From Polaribacter sp. (lineage in GTDB: Bacteria; Bacteroidota; Bacteroidia; Flavobacteriales; Flavobacteriaceae): a stretch of 64,000 bases of DNA. The stretch's first letter is position 1; each line of letters begins with the position of its first letter. The notes beneath the pieces were generated by a model that saw nothing but the letters and a program-made list of their open reading frames with translations, ran no database searches and had not been told where the DNA came from. The position numbers were made by a program, and so were the translations under genes. This document shows positions 16,099-26,533 of this stretch, piece by piece. The stretch covers positions 2,342-66,341 of the forward strand of contig JBDNBB010000010.1 of the NCBI GenBank assembly GCA_039768135.1. Reading direction: 5' to 3'.

Positions 16099-18933
16099 TT
16101 ATTCTTTAATTTTTTCTTGACGTTTGTTTAAAAGTATAGGCTCTCCATAACCCAATTCTTTCATTCTGTCTAATTGCGTTTCTGCATCTCCAACAACAAG
16201 CCAAATCATCTTATTCGGATTTACATATTTGTTGGCTAGTTCTTTAATTTGTTTTTTTGTCATATTATTTACAACAGCTTCTCTATCTTTTACATAATCA
16301 GATTCCCAACCATATTCACTCATGTTAGAAAGCATGTTTAATTTAGCTCTAGATGTCTCAAAGGCTCTTGCATTACTTTTAATTAAAAAGCTTTTTGTAG
16401 TTTCTAGATCTTTATCAGAAAATGTACTTGGATAGTCTTCTAAAATTTGTTTTACAGCTTGTGCAGATTCTAAAGTAACATTACTTCTAACTCCACTAGA
16501 AATGGTAAATGCACCTTTTGCATTTGTACCAGAAAAACCAGAACGAATTCCATAGGTATACCCTTTACCTTCTCTTAATTCTTGTGTTAATCTAGAAGCA
16601 AAACCTCCACCACCTAAAATGTAATTCATAACAGTAGAAGGATAAAAGTCTTTGTCTGTTGCTGCTAATGCAGGTGCTCCAAATTGTAAAACTGATTGTT
16701 TTGCATTAGGAATATCGTAAAAATAAACAGTAGGCTTAGTTGGTGCTTCTGGTGTTTTGTATTCAGAAATGTTTACGTCTTTGGCAGCCCAATTGTCATT
16801 TAAATCTTCTAAAGAAGCTGTTACTTCTGCTTCTGAAACATCACCTACTACCAACATTTTAGCTACAGAAGGAGAAATATTGGTGTTGTAAAAATTCTTT
16901 ACATCTTCTAAAGTAATATTTGCTACGGAGGCTGTGCTTCCTAAGTTATTTTTAGCACGCATGTTGTCTTTGCCATAAATCAATTCATTATAAGCGTTTC
17001 TAGCTACAGCATTCGGACTTGCTTCCTGCTGACGTAAACGTGCAATTGTTGCTTTTTTTAATAAATCGAATTCAATAGCATCAAATCTTGGTTGTAACAA
17101 CATCTCTTTTACTAAGTCTAAAGTTTTGTTATAATTCTTAGCTAAAGTAGTAGCGCTAATGGTAATATTTTCTGTTCCTGAATACACATTAATAGAAGCT
17201 CCTAATTCTTGAATAGCCTCTTCTAACTCAGGTACAGTTTTGTTTGCAGTTCCTTTTTCTAATAAGCTAGCTGTTAAATTTGCTAAACCTAATCTATCCA
17301 TAGACTCTAATAACTGACCACCTTTAACACTCAAATTAAAACGTACTAAAGGAACCTCGTCATTTTCTATTCCATATATTTTTAACCCATTATCTAAGTT
17401 CGCTTTATATACTTCTGGGACTGCAAGTGAAGGAGATGCTCCATATTCAGGTTCTATACTTCTGTCAAATGAAGAAGGAGTTTTATCATAAGTAGCTGCT
17501 ATCTTTGGGTCGAAATTTTCTTCTGCTCCAATAACAATTTTCTCTTCAACTATATTGGCCATGTCTGAACCTGTTAAGGCTAAGTCAGCTTGATTCTTAG
17601 GTACAAAACTAGTTGCAATAAAGTTTTTACCTTTAATGTACCTGTTGTACACCCTCATTACGTCTTCTGCAGTTACAGCTAAAGTGCTGTTGATGTCTTG
17701 GGTTACAAAACCAGGATTACCAGTATACGTGTTATAGGAAGCTAACCCTGTACCTTTACCTAAAACACTAGATAAACTGCCATAAAAACGAGTTTCTTGG
17801 CCAGCTTTAATTCTGTTTAAATCTTTTTCTGAAATACCCTCTTCTTCAAATTTTGCAAAAGCTTTTTGAATTCCGTTTTTAACTTCATCTAATTTTACAC
17901 CATTAAACGCTCTTACAATTAATTGAGTTTGTCCTGCCAATTCAGATGTATAATTGTACATGGTAGTGTTTGATGTTAATTTTAAATCATCAATTAAAAC
18001 CTGATTAAAAGGTGCTTTTTTACCATTGGTTAAATATTGGGTTAATACCTCTAAAGCATAGGAATCTTTATGATACTGAGCCACGCTTGGCCATGCCATT
18101 GTTAATTGAGGAACTCTTGCAAAATTATCTTCATAATACAATAGCTTTGTTTCTGCTACATTACCCGATCTTTTTTCTAAAGCTTCAATTTCTTCACCTC
18201 TAGGAATTTCATCAAAATATTTCTTTACCCATTTTGTGGCTTGCTCAATATCTATATCTCCAGATAAAACTAAAGTTGAGTTGTTAGGTACGTACCATTT
18301 TCTAAAAAAAGTTTTAACATCATCTAAAGTAGCATTTTGTAAGTCTTCTAAAGAACCAATAACTTGCCAGTTGTAAGGATGATCTTTTGGGTATAAATTT
18401 TTATCAATTACATATTGATTATGGCCATAAGGTCTGTTGTCTATACTTTGTCTTTTTTCATTTTTAACAACTTGTTTTTCCTTTGCTAAAACAGGATCTG
18501 TAACAGTGTTAATGAAATAACCTAACTTGTCAGCCTCAGCCCAAATCATTTTTTCTAAGGCATCTTTAGGTACAGTTTGTAGGTAATTTGTTCTATCTCT
18601 AGAAGTAGAACCATTAGCACCTGAACCTCCAATTCTTGCACTCATTTTATCTAAACCACCTTTCCCTAAGTTTTCTGATTCTAAGAAAAGTAAGTGTTCA
18701 AATAAATGGGCAAAACCTGTTCTACCTTCAATTTCTCTTGCAGAACCGACATGCACCATTAATTCTACAGCTACAACTGGATCTGATTTATCTACATGAA
18801 AGACAACATCTAAACCATTGTCTAATTCAATTTTTTTATAATTTACGCTTAACTCTTTTGTTTTTTCTTTAGAAGGGGTTTTACAACCAACTAAGCCAAC
18901 AGTTACTAATAAAGCAATAAGTATTTTTTTCAT
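16099..18933 (-). CDS. M16 (insulinase/pitrilysin) zinc peptidase, lipoprotein
   Basis: GFAHLFEH (HxxEH); duplicated M16 halves; SRLTQELREGKGYTYG; lipobox LVGC. Confidence 0.93.
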   Translation of the reverse strand: MKKILIALLVTVGLVGCKTPSKEKTKELSVNYKKIELDNGLDVVFHVDKSDPVVAVELMVHVGSAREIEGRTGFAHLFEHLLFLESENLGKGGLDKMSARIGGSGANGSTSRDRTNYLQTVPKDALEKMIWAEADKLGYFINTVTDPVLAKEKQVVKNEKRQSIDNRPYGHNQYVIDKNLYPKDHPYNWQVIGSLEDLQNATLDDVKTFFRKWYVPNNSTLVLSGDIDIEQATKWVKKYFDEIPRGEEIEALEKRSGNVAETKLLYYEDNFARVPQLTMAWPSVAQYHKDSYALEVLTQYLTNGKKAPFNQVLIDDLKLTSNTTMYNYTSELAGQTQLIVRAFNGVKLDEVKNGIQKAFAKFEEEGISEKDLNRIKAGQETRFYGSLSSVLGKGTGLASYNTYTGNPGFVTQDINSTLAVTAEDVMRVYNRYIKGKNFIATSFVPKNQADLALTGSDMANIVEEKIVIGAEENFDPKIAATYDKTPSSFDRSIEPEYGASPSLAVPEVYKANLDNGLKIYGIENDEVPLVRFNLSVKGGQLLESMDRLGLANLTASLLEKGTANKTVPELEEAIQELGASINVYSGTENITISATTLAKNYNKTLDLVKEMLLQPRFDAIEFDLLKKATIARLRQQEASPNAVARNAYNELIYGKDNMRAKNNLGSTASVANITLEDVKNFYNTNISPSVAKMLVVGDVSEAEVTASLEDLNDNWAAKDVNISEYKTPEAPTKPTVYFYDIPNAKQSVLQFGAPALAATDKDFYPSTVMNYILGGGGFASRLTQELREGKGYTYGIRSGFSGTNAKGAFTISSGVRSNVTLESAQAVKQILEDYPSTFSDKDLETTKSFLIKSNARAFETSRAKLNMLSNMSEYGWESDYVKDREAVVNNMTKKQIKELANKYVNPNKMIWLVVGDAETQLDRMKELGYGEPILLNKRQEKIKE

Positions 18934-19049
18934 TTTGGATAGATTTATGTTGCTAATTTACAAAATGATTGTAAGAGTAATATTGTTAAAATTCGAATTT
19001 ATTCTTTCATAGAATAAACGTAAATTTGCAGGCTTAAAATAGAGATAAG

Positions 19050-21869
19050 ATGCAATACAATCATCAAGAAATAGAGAAGAATTGGCAAAAATATTGGGCA
19101 GATAACCAAACATTCAAAGCCTCTAATAGCTCTGATTTACCTAAATACTATGTGTTAGATATGTTTCCTTATCCTTCAGGAGCAGGTTTGCATGTTGGGC
19201 ATCCTTTAGGATATATTGCTAGTGATATTTATGCACGTTACAAGCGTCATAAAGGCTTTAATGTGTTGCATCCACAAGGTTATGATTCTTTTGGATTACC
19301 TGCAGAACAATATGCTATTCAAACCGGGCAGCATCCTGCAAAAACTACAGAAGCAAACATAAAAACGTACAGAAGACAATTAGATCAAATTGGTTTTTCT
19401 TTTGATTGGAGCAGAGAAGTGCGTACTTCAAATCCTGAGTATTATAAATGGACTCAGTGGATTTTTATTCAATTATTTAATTCTTGGTATAATAAAGATA
19501 CAGATAAAGCAGAAGACATTGCTACCTTAATTTCAGTTTTTGAAAAAGAGGGAAATGCTACTGTAAATGCAGTTTGTGATGATGAGGTTATTTCTTTTAC
19601 TGCTGAAGATTGGAGTAGATTTACATCAACTCAAAAAGAGGAAATTTTATTACAATACAGATTAACATTTCTGTCTGATACAGAAGTAAACTGGTGTCCT
19701 GAATTAGGTACAGTTCTAGCTAATGACGAAATTGTAAACGGAGTTTCAGAAAGAGGAGGTCATCCTGTTGTTCGTAAAAAAATGACACAATGGTCTATGC
19801 GAATTTCTGCTTATGCACAACGTTTATTAGATGGATTAAATACCATCGATTGGCCACAACCACTTAAAGATTCTCAAACCAATTGGATTGGACGTTCTCA
19901 AGGAGCAATGGTTTCTTTTAAAGTAGATGGTTTTGATGCGAAAATAGATGTATTTACTACAAGACCTGATACTGTTTTTGGAGTAAGTTTTATGACATTA
20001 GCTCCAGAACATGAATTGGTAGCGCAAATTGTAACAGAGGAGCAAAAAGATAAAGTAAACGCTTATATAGAAGCTACTGCAAAACGTTCTGAACGTGATA
20101 GAATGGCTGATGTTAAAACCATTTCTGGTGCGTTTACAGGAGCATATGCAATTCACCCTTTTTCTGGTGAAAAAGTACAAATTTGGATTGGTGATTATGT
20201 GTTAGCCTCTTATGGAACAGGAGCTGTTATGGCTGTTCCTTGTGGAGACCAACGTGATTATGATTTTGCAAAACACTTTGATATTCCTATTCCTAATATT
20301 TTTGAAGGTGTAGAAATTTCTGAGGCTGCTCACGCAGATAAAGAAGGCACTGTCATTGCAAACTCAGACTTTTTATCAGGATTAAAATATAAGAAAGCCT
20401 TAAAATTGGCCATTTACGAAATGGAAAAAAGAGGCTTTGGTTATGGGAAAATAAATTACAGATTACGTGATGCAGTTTTTAGCAGACAACGTTATTGGGG
20501 AGAGCCATTTCCTGTATATTATAAAGAGGGTATGCCTCAAATGATTGATGCTAAACATCTGCCAATTGTCTTGCCAGAAGTAGAAAAGTACTTGCCAACA
20601 GAAGATGGAAAGCCACCTTTAGGAAATGCAGATGTGTGGGCTTGGAATTCTGAAACAAATAAAGTGGTGAGCAACGATTTAATTGACAATGAAACTGTGT
20701 TTCCATTAGAATTGAATACAATGCCTGGTTGGGCAGGAAGTTCATATTACTTTAATAGGTATATGGATCCACAGAATGATACTGAAATTGCTTCTAAAGA
20801 AAATTTAGATTATTGGCAAAATATTGATTTATACATAGGTGGTTCAGAGCATGCAACTGGTCATTTATTATATGCACGTTTTTGGCAAAAATTCTTGTTT
20901 GATAAAGGCGTACTTCCTGTAGATGAATTTGCAAAAAAGTTGATAAATCAAGGAATGATTTTAGGAACTTCTGCTTTTGTTTATAGAGAGGAAGGGACAA
21001 ATAGGTTTTTATCGAAAGGGTTAATTGAAGGGAAGAGTGTTCAGCCTATTCATTCTGACGTTTCTTTGGTAAATGCCTCTGATGAACTAGATATAGAAGG
21101 TTTTAAAAAGCATCCTCTAAATGTTGATTTTAAAAATGCTGAATTCATCTTAGAAAATGAAGTATATAAAGTTGGACGTGAAGTAGAAAAAATGTCCAAG
21201 TCTAAATACAATGTGGTTAATCCAGATGATATTGTTGCAGAATATGGTGCAGATGCTTTGCGTTTATTCGAAATGTTTTTAGGGCCTTTAGAGCAAACTA
21301 AACCTTGGAAAACTTCTGGTATTTCTGGAGTTTCATCATTCTTAAAGAAATTATGGAAATTGTATTTTAATGGAGATCAATTTGAGGTTTCAGAAGAAAA
21401 AGCAACCAAAGAAGAGTTAAAGACTTTACACAAAACCATTAAAAAAGTAGAAGAGGATATAGAGAATTTCTCTTTTAATACATCAGTTTCTACTTTTATG
21501 ATTGCTGTAAACGAGTTAACTGCTTTAAAATGTAATAAGCGTGAAATTTTAGCGCCTTTATTGGTTTTATTATCACCTTATGCACCACATATTACAGAAG
21601 AATTATGGAGTTTATTAGGAAATAATAAAACTATTTCAACCGCTCCCTTCCCTGTTTTCGAACCAAAACATTTGGTAGAAAGTGCTAAGAATTACCCAAT
21701 TTCTTTTAATGGTAAAATGCGTTTTACATTAGAACTTCCTTTAGATTTGTCTAAAGAAGAAATTGAGAAAACAGTAATGGCACACGAAAAAACACAAGAA
21801 CAATTGCAAGGCAGAACACCTAAAAAAGTAATTGTTGTGCCAGGTAAAATTGTAAATATTGTAGGTTAA
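19050..21869 (+). CDS. leuS: Leucine--tRNA ligase
   Basis: MFPYPSGAGLHVGH, FTTRPDT editing domain and KMSKS. Confidence 0.98.
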   Translation: MQYNHQEIEKNWQKYWADNQTFKASNSSDLPKYYVLDMFPYPSGAGLHVGHPLGYIASDIYARYKRHKGFNVLHPQGYDSFGLPAEQYAIQTGQHPAKTTEANIKTYRRQLDQIGFSFDWSREVRTSNPEYYKWTQWIFIQLFNSWYNKDTDKAEDIATLISVFEKEGNATVNAVCDDEVISFTAEDWSRFTSTQKEEILLQYRLTFLSDTEVNWCPELGTVLANDEIVNGVSERGGHPVVRKKMTQWSMRISAYAQRLLDGLNTIDWPQPLKDSQTNWIGRSQGAMVSFKVDGFDAKIDVFTTRPDTVFGVSFMTLAPEHELVAQIVTEEQKDKVNAYIEATAKRSERDRMADVKTISGAFTGAYAIHPFSGEKVQIWIGDYVLASYGTGAVMAVPCGDQRDYDFAKHFDIPIPNIFEGVEISEAAHADKEGTVIANSDFLSGLKYKKALKLAIYEMEKRGFGYGKINYRLRDAVFSRQRYWGEPFPVYYKEGMPQMIDAKHLPIVLPEVEKYLPTEDGKPPLGNADVWAWNSETNKVVSNDLIDNETVFPLELNTMPGWAGSSYYFNRYMDPQNDTEIASKENLDYWQNIDLYIGGSEHATGHLLYARFWQKFLFDKGVLPVDEFAKKLINQGMILGTSAFVYREEGTNRFLSKGLIEGKSVQPIHSDVSLVNASDELDIEGFKKHPLNVDFKNAEFILENEVYKVGREVEKMSKSKYNVVNPDDIVAEYGADALRLFEMFLGPLEQTKPWKTSGISGVSSFLKKLWKLYFNGDQFEVSEEKATKEELKTLHKTIKKVEEDIENFSFNTSVSTFMIAVNELTALKCNKREILAPLLVLLSPYAPHITEELWSLLGNNKTISTAPFPVFEPKHLVESAKNYPISFNGKMRFTLELPLDLSKEEIEKTVMAHEKTQEQLQGRTPKKVIVVPGKIVNIVG

Positions 21870-21905
21870 TATTTTTTAAATTAACCTAAGTTATTAAGAA
21901 TACGT

Positions 21906-21940
21906 TAAAGTCATTATGTTAGCATAATGACTTTATTTTT
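21906..21940 (+). terminator. Intrinsic terminator after leuS
   Basis: TAAAGTCATTATG-ttag-CATAATGACTTTA followed by a T run. Confidence 0.75.
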
Positions 21941-21988
21941 ACATTGATTTTTCATATTTAATACCCTACTTTTGATAAAACTTTAGAC

Positions 21989-22771
21989 ATGACTACTACA
22001 AGACAAAATGGAAGTTTGTACACCAATATTCAAGGAAATGTTGCAACTATAGAGTTTGGACATCCTGCAAGTAATTCATTTCCAAGTGAGTTGTTAGATC
22101 GTTTAGCAAAGGAGTTTGATGCCATTTCTAAAAATGAGGCAGTTGCTGTAATTATATTGAAATCTGAAGGAGAAAAAGCATTTTGTGCAGGTGCTTCTTT
22201 TGATGAATTAGCAGCTATTAGTAATTTAGAAGAAGGCAAACAATTCTTTTCAGGTTTTGCAAATGTAATCAATGCAATGAGAACCTGTAGCAAGTTAATT
22301 ATTGGAAGAGTTCAAGGAAAAACTGTGGGTGGAGGAGTAGGTTTAGCTGCAGCTTGTGATTATGTTTTAGCTACAGAAGCAGCTTCCATAAAATTGTCTG
22401 AGTTAACTATTGGTATTGGTCCTTTTGTTATAGAGCCAGCAGTAAAACGTAAAATAGGGTTGGCAGCCTTAAGCGAATTGACTTTAGATGCCACCAATTG
22501 GAAAAATGCTTATTGGGCTAAAGAAAAAGGATTGTATGCCAAAGTTTACGAGAATATTAAAGAATTAGATACTGAAATTGACTTTTTTGCACAAAAATTG
22601 GCATCTTATAATTCACAAGCATTGGCAGAAATGAAGAAAGTGTTTTGGGAAAATACAGACCATTGGAGAGAACTACTAATAGAAAGAGCTCAAGTTTCTG
22701 GAGAATTGGTGCTATCCGATTTCACAAAAAAAGCACTAGCTAGTTTTCTAAAAAATAACACAAGAAAATAA
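21989..22771 (+). CDS. Enoyl-CoA hydratase/isomerase family protein
   Basis: AFCAGA, GGGVGLAAACD and LSELTIG motifs. Confidence 0.92.
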   Translation: MTTTRQNGSLYTNIQGNVATIEFGHPASNSFPSELLDRLAKEFDAISKNEAVAVIILKSEGEKAFCAGASFDELAAISNLEEGKQFFSGFANVINAMRTCSKLIIGRVQGKTVGGGVGLAAACDYVLATEAASIKLSELTIGIGPFVIEPAVKRKIGLAALSELTLDATNWKNAYWAKEKGLYAKVYENIKELDTEIDFFAQKLASYNSQALAEMKKVFWENTDHWRELLIERAQVSGELVLSDFTKKALASFLKNNTRK

Positions 22772-22804
22772 TTTAAAAAACAATTTTTCAGAACAAAGGA
22801 CTTA

Positions 22805-23392
22805 ATGAAAATTAGAAAGAGATATTTATTACTGATTTCAATAGCTTTAATGCCTTTAACGCTCCTTATACATGTTAGTGATTACTGTTTTGGAGTAAAA
22901 GAATTGTTAATTATTACAGGTTTTATTATCTGTTTTATAGTCGTTTTTCTTGTTATTTTATTCAATAATTTTTACAATATAGCTCTAAAAAAAGAACTTT
23001 TTAATTATAGGCCTGTTCTAATAGCCGTGATTTATTGTGTAGTTTTGTCCTTATTTTTACATTATCACGATGAGAATTTATTTAGAACTAAAATTAGTCT
23101 TTTTGAAACTCAAAATACTTCCAAAAACATAAGAAAGTTGTCATTGTTTTCAGATAATTACTTCGAATTAAAGGTTATTCAAAAACAACAAAGATGCGTT
23201 TATAATGGTTCTTACTTGTTTAACCAAGATACATTACACCTAATATTTAATAAAAATTCAGAGTATTCTTTAGATACTCTTTTTAATTACTCTAAAAACA
23301 CAAAACAATTATTGTCTTCAAAGACTTCTATGAAGTTTAAAAAAGTGGAAAATTTATCAAAAAAAGAAAATTATAAATATTTTTCTGAATAA
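22805..23392 (+). CDS. Hypothetical membrane protein
   Basis: Three N-terminal hydrophobic segments and a soluble C-terminus. Confidence 0.6.
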   Translation: MKIRKRYLLLISIALMPLTLLIHVSDYCFGVKELLIITGFIICFIVVFLVILFNNFYNIALKKELFNYRPVLIAVIYCVVLSLFLHYHDENLFRTKISLFETQNTSKNIRKLSLFSDNYFELKVIQKQQRCVYNGSYLFNQDTLHLIFNKNSEYSLDTLFNYSKNTKQLLSSKTSMKFKKVENLSKKENYKYFSE

Positions 23393-23404
23393 TTATAATT
23401 ATAT

Positions 23405-23480
23405 TTACAGAGTGATTGTAAAAATCACACTTTTTCTTTTTCATAGCAATTTTCCCACTCAACTTTGAGTGGGTTTTTTT
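23405..23480 (+). ncRNA. Candidate small RNA with its own terminator
   Basis: -7-like TATATTTA at 23400, hairpin GTGATT-gtaaa-AATCAC, U-rich linker, then CCCACTCAA-ct-TTGAGTGGG plus T7. Confidence 0.4.
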
Positions 23481-23560
23481 ATGCTTTTAAAATCACAAAA
23501 CCTTAGAATTGTGAGGTAAATTGATAATTATCAAATATCTTTGTAAAATATTCGTAGAGT

Positions 23561-24463
23561 ATGAATTCGACTGTAATTTCAGATACAAAAATAGTAAAGG
23601 ACACCCTTTTGTCAGACCTAAAGCAACTCACTAAAGTTGGTTTGTCTTTAAGTGTTGTTTTTTCTTCTGTTGCTGGGTATTTATTAGCGGTAGAATTGGT
23701 TAGTATAAAAACCCTTTTATTACTTTCTTTAGGAGGTTTTTTTATGGTAGGTGCATCAAATGCATTCAATCAAGTTATTGAGAAAGATACAGATGCATTA
23801 ATGACTAGAACAAAAAACAGGCCGCTTCCAACAGGAAGAATGACTGTCAATTTTGCAATGTTTATTGCCTTGTTATTTACAGTTTTAGGATTGACAATTT
23901 TATACGCTATCAATCCAAAAACAGCTTTATTTGGTGCAATCTCTATATTTTTATATACTTCTGTGTATACCCCTTTAAAGTCTGTGACGCCTTTAACTGT
24001 TTTTGTGGGTGCTATTCCTGGCGCAATTCCTTTTATGTTAGGTTGGGTAGCAGCAACTAATAAATTTGGTATAGAAGCAGGGGTTTTATTTATGATTCAA
24101 TTCTTTTGGCAATTCCCGCACTTTTGGGCCATAGGTTGGTTACAATACGAAGAGTACAAAAAAGCTGGATTTATGATGTTGCCAACCAACACAAAAGATA
24201 AAAATGCTGTAAAGCAGATTATTTTTTACACTTTAATTATGATTCTAGTTTCGGTAGTTCCTGTGTTAAAAGTATCTGGAGATTTTTATATTCATCCGAT
24301 TACTGCATTAATTGTTGCTTTATTAGGTTTGGTCATGTTATATTTTGGAATTAAGTTACATAAAACAGAACAAAATACAGATGCACGAAAACTGATGTTA
24401 GCAAGTGTTGTATACATTACCATTGTACAAGTAATATATGTAATTGATAAATTTTTACAATAG
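23561..24463 (+). CDS. cyoE: Heme o synthase (protoheme IX farnesyltransferase)
   Basis: DALMTRTKNRPLPTGR, YTPLK and WQFPHFWAI motifs. Confidence 0.96.
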   Translation: MNSTVISDTKIVKDTLLSDLKQLTKVGLSLSVVFSSVAGYLLAVELVSIKTLLLLSLGGFFMVGASNAFNQVIEKDTDALMTRTKNRPLPTGRMTVNFAMFIALLFTVLGLTILYAINPKTALFGAISIFLYTSVYTPLKSVTPLTVFVGAIPGAIPFMLGWVAATNKFGIEAGVLFMIQFFWQFPHFWAIGWLQYEEYKKAGFMMLPTNTKDKNAVKQIIFYTLIMILVSVVPVLKVSGDFYIHPITALIVALLGLVMLYFGIKLHKTEQNTDARKLMLASVVYITIVQVIYVIDKFLQ

Positions 24464-24466
24464 ATC

Positions 24467-25054
24467 ATGATAGAAGAAAAAGCATTAGAGCAAGAGTATA
24501 AAGTGGCTCAAAAAAAATCAGCAAAACCAATGTTATGGATTGCCATGATTAGTATGGTTATGTTTTTTGCAGGACTAACAAGTGCTTACGTAATAAGTAT
24601 GAAAAGAGAAGATTGGGTAGATTTTGATTTACCTCAAGCCTTCTTTGTCAGTACAGTTTTAATAGTAATAAGTAGCCTTACACTATTCTTTTCACAATAT
24701 TTTTTAAAGAAAGACAAAAGAGCATTATCACTGCTTCTTGTTGTTGTTACCTTAATATTAGGTGTCGGTTTCATTTGGCAGCAGTATGTAGGATTTAATC
24801 AACTAAAAAGTATTGGTTTATTTTTTACAGGACCAGAGAGTACAGTGTCTACCTCTTTTATTATTGGAATAACATTTATGCACATACTTCACATTTTTGC
24901 AGGGATTATTGTGTTGTTTGTTGTTATTTATAATCATTTTAAATACAAATACAAGCCAGAAGACTTATTAGGCTTTGAATTAGGAGCTATTTTCTGGCAT
25001 TTTGTAGATTTATTATGGATTTATCTATTTTTCTTTTTCTATTTTATTAGGTGA
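24467..25054 (+). CDS. Cytochrome c oxidase subunit III (short)
   Basis: HILHIFAG and FWHFVDLLWIYLF motifs. Confidence 0.9.
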   Translation: MIEEKALEQEYKVAQKKSAKPMLWIAMISMVMFFAGLTSAYVISMKREDWVDFDLPQAFFVSTVLIVISSLTLFFSQYFLKKDKRALSLLLVVVTLILGVGFIWQQYVGFNQLKSIGLFFTGPESTVSTSFIIGITFMHILHIFAGIIVLFVVIYNHFKYKYKPEDLLGFELGAIFWHFVDLLWIYLFFFFYFIR

Positions 25055-25106
25055 TGAAAATTGATTAATTTTGACAAAAATTTTAGATTTTAATTAAATA
25101 TTATTT

Positions 25107-26087
25107 ATGGAAGCAAATATTGCTATACCTTCAGACGGAAAAAACACTTGGAGTGGTGGTGGAGTAAGACCATTTAGCGCAAGCTATGGTAAAATGATGA
25201 TGTGGTTTTTTATTCTTTCTGATGCATTAACGTTCTCAGGATTTCTAGCAGCTTACGGCTTAACGCGTTTTAAATTTATTGATTCTTGGCCAATTGCAGA
25301 TGAAGTATTTACGCATATTCCTTTTATACATGGGGAATTTCCAATGTACTACGTAGCGTTTATGACTTTTGTCTTAATTTTTTCTTCAGTAACAATGGTA
25401 TTAGCCGTTGATGCAGGGCATCAAATGAAGAAAAGTAAAGTAACTTGGTATATGTTTGTCACTATTATTGGAGGTTTAATTTTCGTAGGTTCTCAAGCTT
25501 GGGAATGGAATACGTTTATTAACGGTACATACGGAGCAGTTAAAACTACAGATGGTAAATTATTACAGTTTGTTAAAGACGGTCATCAGATCGCTTTGTC
25601 TGATTTTGTTGTTGGAGAACGTAATGATGGTAGAGTAACCCATACTAAGAAAAATGGTTTATGGTTTGAAAGCGGCGAAGAGGTTTCTAAGTACTCTTTG
25701 GTGCAAATAAAGGCTTCTTATGCAGCAAACCCTTCTATATTAATTAGAAGCGAACAAATTAATCTAGAAGAAAAACAAAAAATTATTTTTTCTAGAGAAA
25801 AAGGATTGGCTGAATTAGCAAAAGCTGAACAAATAGTAGAAGGTGCTAACTTAGAGGTAAACGAATATGGAAATACCATATTCGCTAACTTTTTCTTCTT
25901 TATTACAGGATTTCATGGTTTTCACGTACTGTCGGGTATTGTGTTAAATATCATTATATTTTTCAATGTCATTTTAGGGACATATGAAAAGAGAGGACAT
26001 TATGAAATGGTAGAAAAAGTAGGATTGTATTGGCACTTTGTAGATTTAGTTTGGGTTTTTGTATTCACGTTCTTCTACTTAGTATAA
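25107..26087 (+). CDS. Cytochrome c oxidase subunit III with periplasmic insertion
   Basis: MWFFILSD, TGFHGFHV and YWHFVDLVWVFVF motifs. Confidence 0.92.
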   Translation: MEANIAIPSDGKNTWSGGGVRPFSASYGKMMMWFFILSDALTFSGFLAAYGLTRFKFIDSWPIADEVFTHIPFIHGEFPMYYVAFMTFVLIFSSVTMVLAVDAGHQMKKSKVTWYMFVTIIGGLIFVGSQAWEWNTFINGTYGAVKTTDGKLLQFVKDGHQIALSDFVVGERNDGRVTHTKKNGLWFESGEEVSKYSLVQIKASYAANPSILIRSEQINLEEKQKIIFSREKGLAELAKAEQIVEGANLEVNEYGNTIFANFFFFITGFHGFHVLSGIVLNIIIFFNVILGTYEKRGHYEMVEKVGLYWHFVDLVWVFVFTFFYLV

Positions 26088-26107
26088 ATAAAAAACATTA
26101 ACAACAA

Positions 26108-26449
26108 ATGGCACACACACACGAATCAAACGTTAAGAAAATATGGATGGTATTTGCTTTACTATCTGTAGTTACTATTGTTGAAGTAGCATTAGGTATT
26201 ATTAAACCTGATTTATTACACAAAACAAGCTTTTTAGGGACTAGCCCTTTAAACTGGATATTTATTATTCTAACTTTATTTAAAGCCTATTATATTGCAT
26301 GGTCTTTTATGCATTTGGAAGGAGAAAAAAAATGGTTTAGAAGAGCTGTCGTTTGGACAGGAATTTTCTTAATCTGTTATCTAGTAACATTGTTACTCAT
26401 AGAAGGTAATTATCTGTTCGATACTTTGGCACCACTAGTTCGTTGGTAA
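26108..26449 (+). CDS. Cytochrome c oxidase subunit IV family protein
   Basis: Three TM helices, KAYYIAWSFMHL motif and operon position. Confidence 0.85.
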   Translation: MAHTHESNVKKIWMVFALLSVVTIVEVALGIIKPDLLHKTSFLGTSPLNWIFIILTLFKAYYIAWSFMHLEGEKKWFRRAVVWTGIFLICYLVTLLLIEGNYLFDTLAPLVRW

Positions 26450-26456
26450 AAAATTA

Positions 26457-26481
26457 AAAGGTGGTTTTTACCACCTTTTTC
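26457..26481 (+). terminator. Intrinsic terminator
   Basis: AAAAGGTGGT-tttt-ACCACCTTTT. Confidence 0.75.
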
Positions 26482-26533
26482 TATATTATATATTGGCTAA
26501 AATTTTGTTAGCTTTTTTAAAACGTATTTTTAA

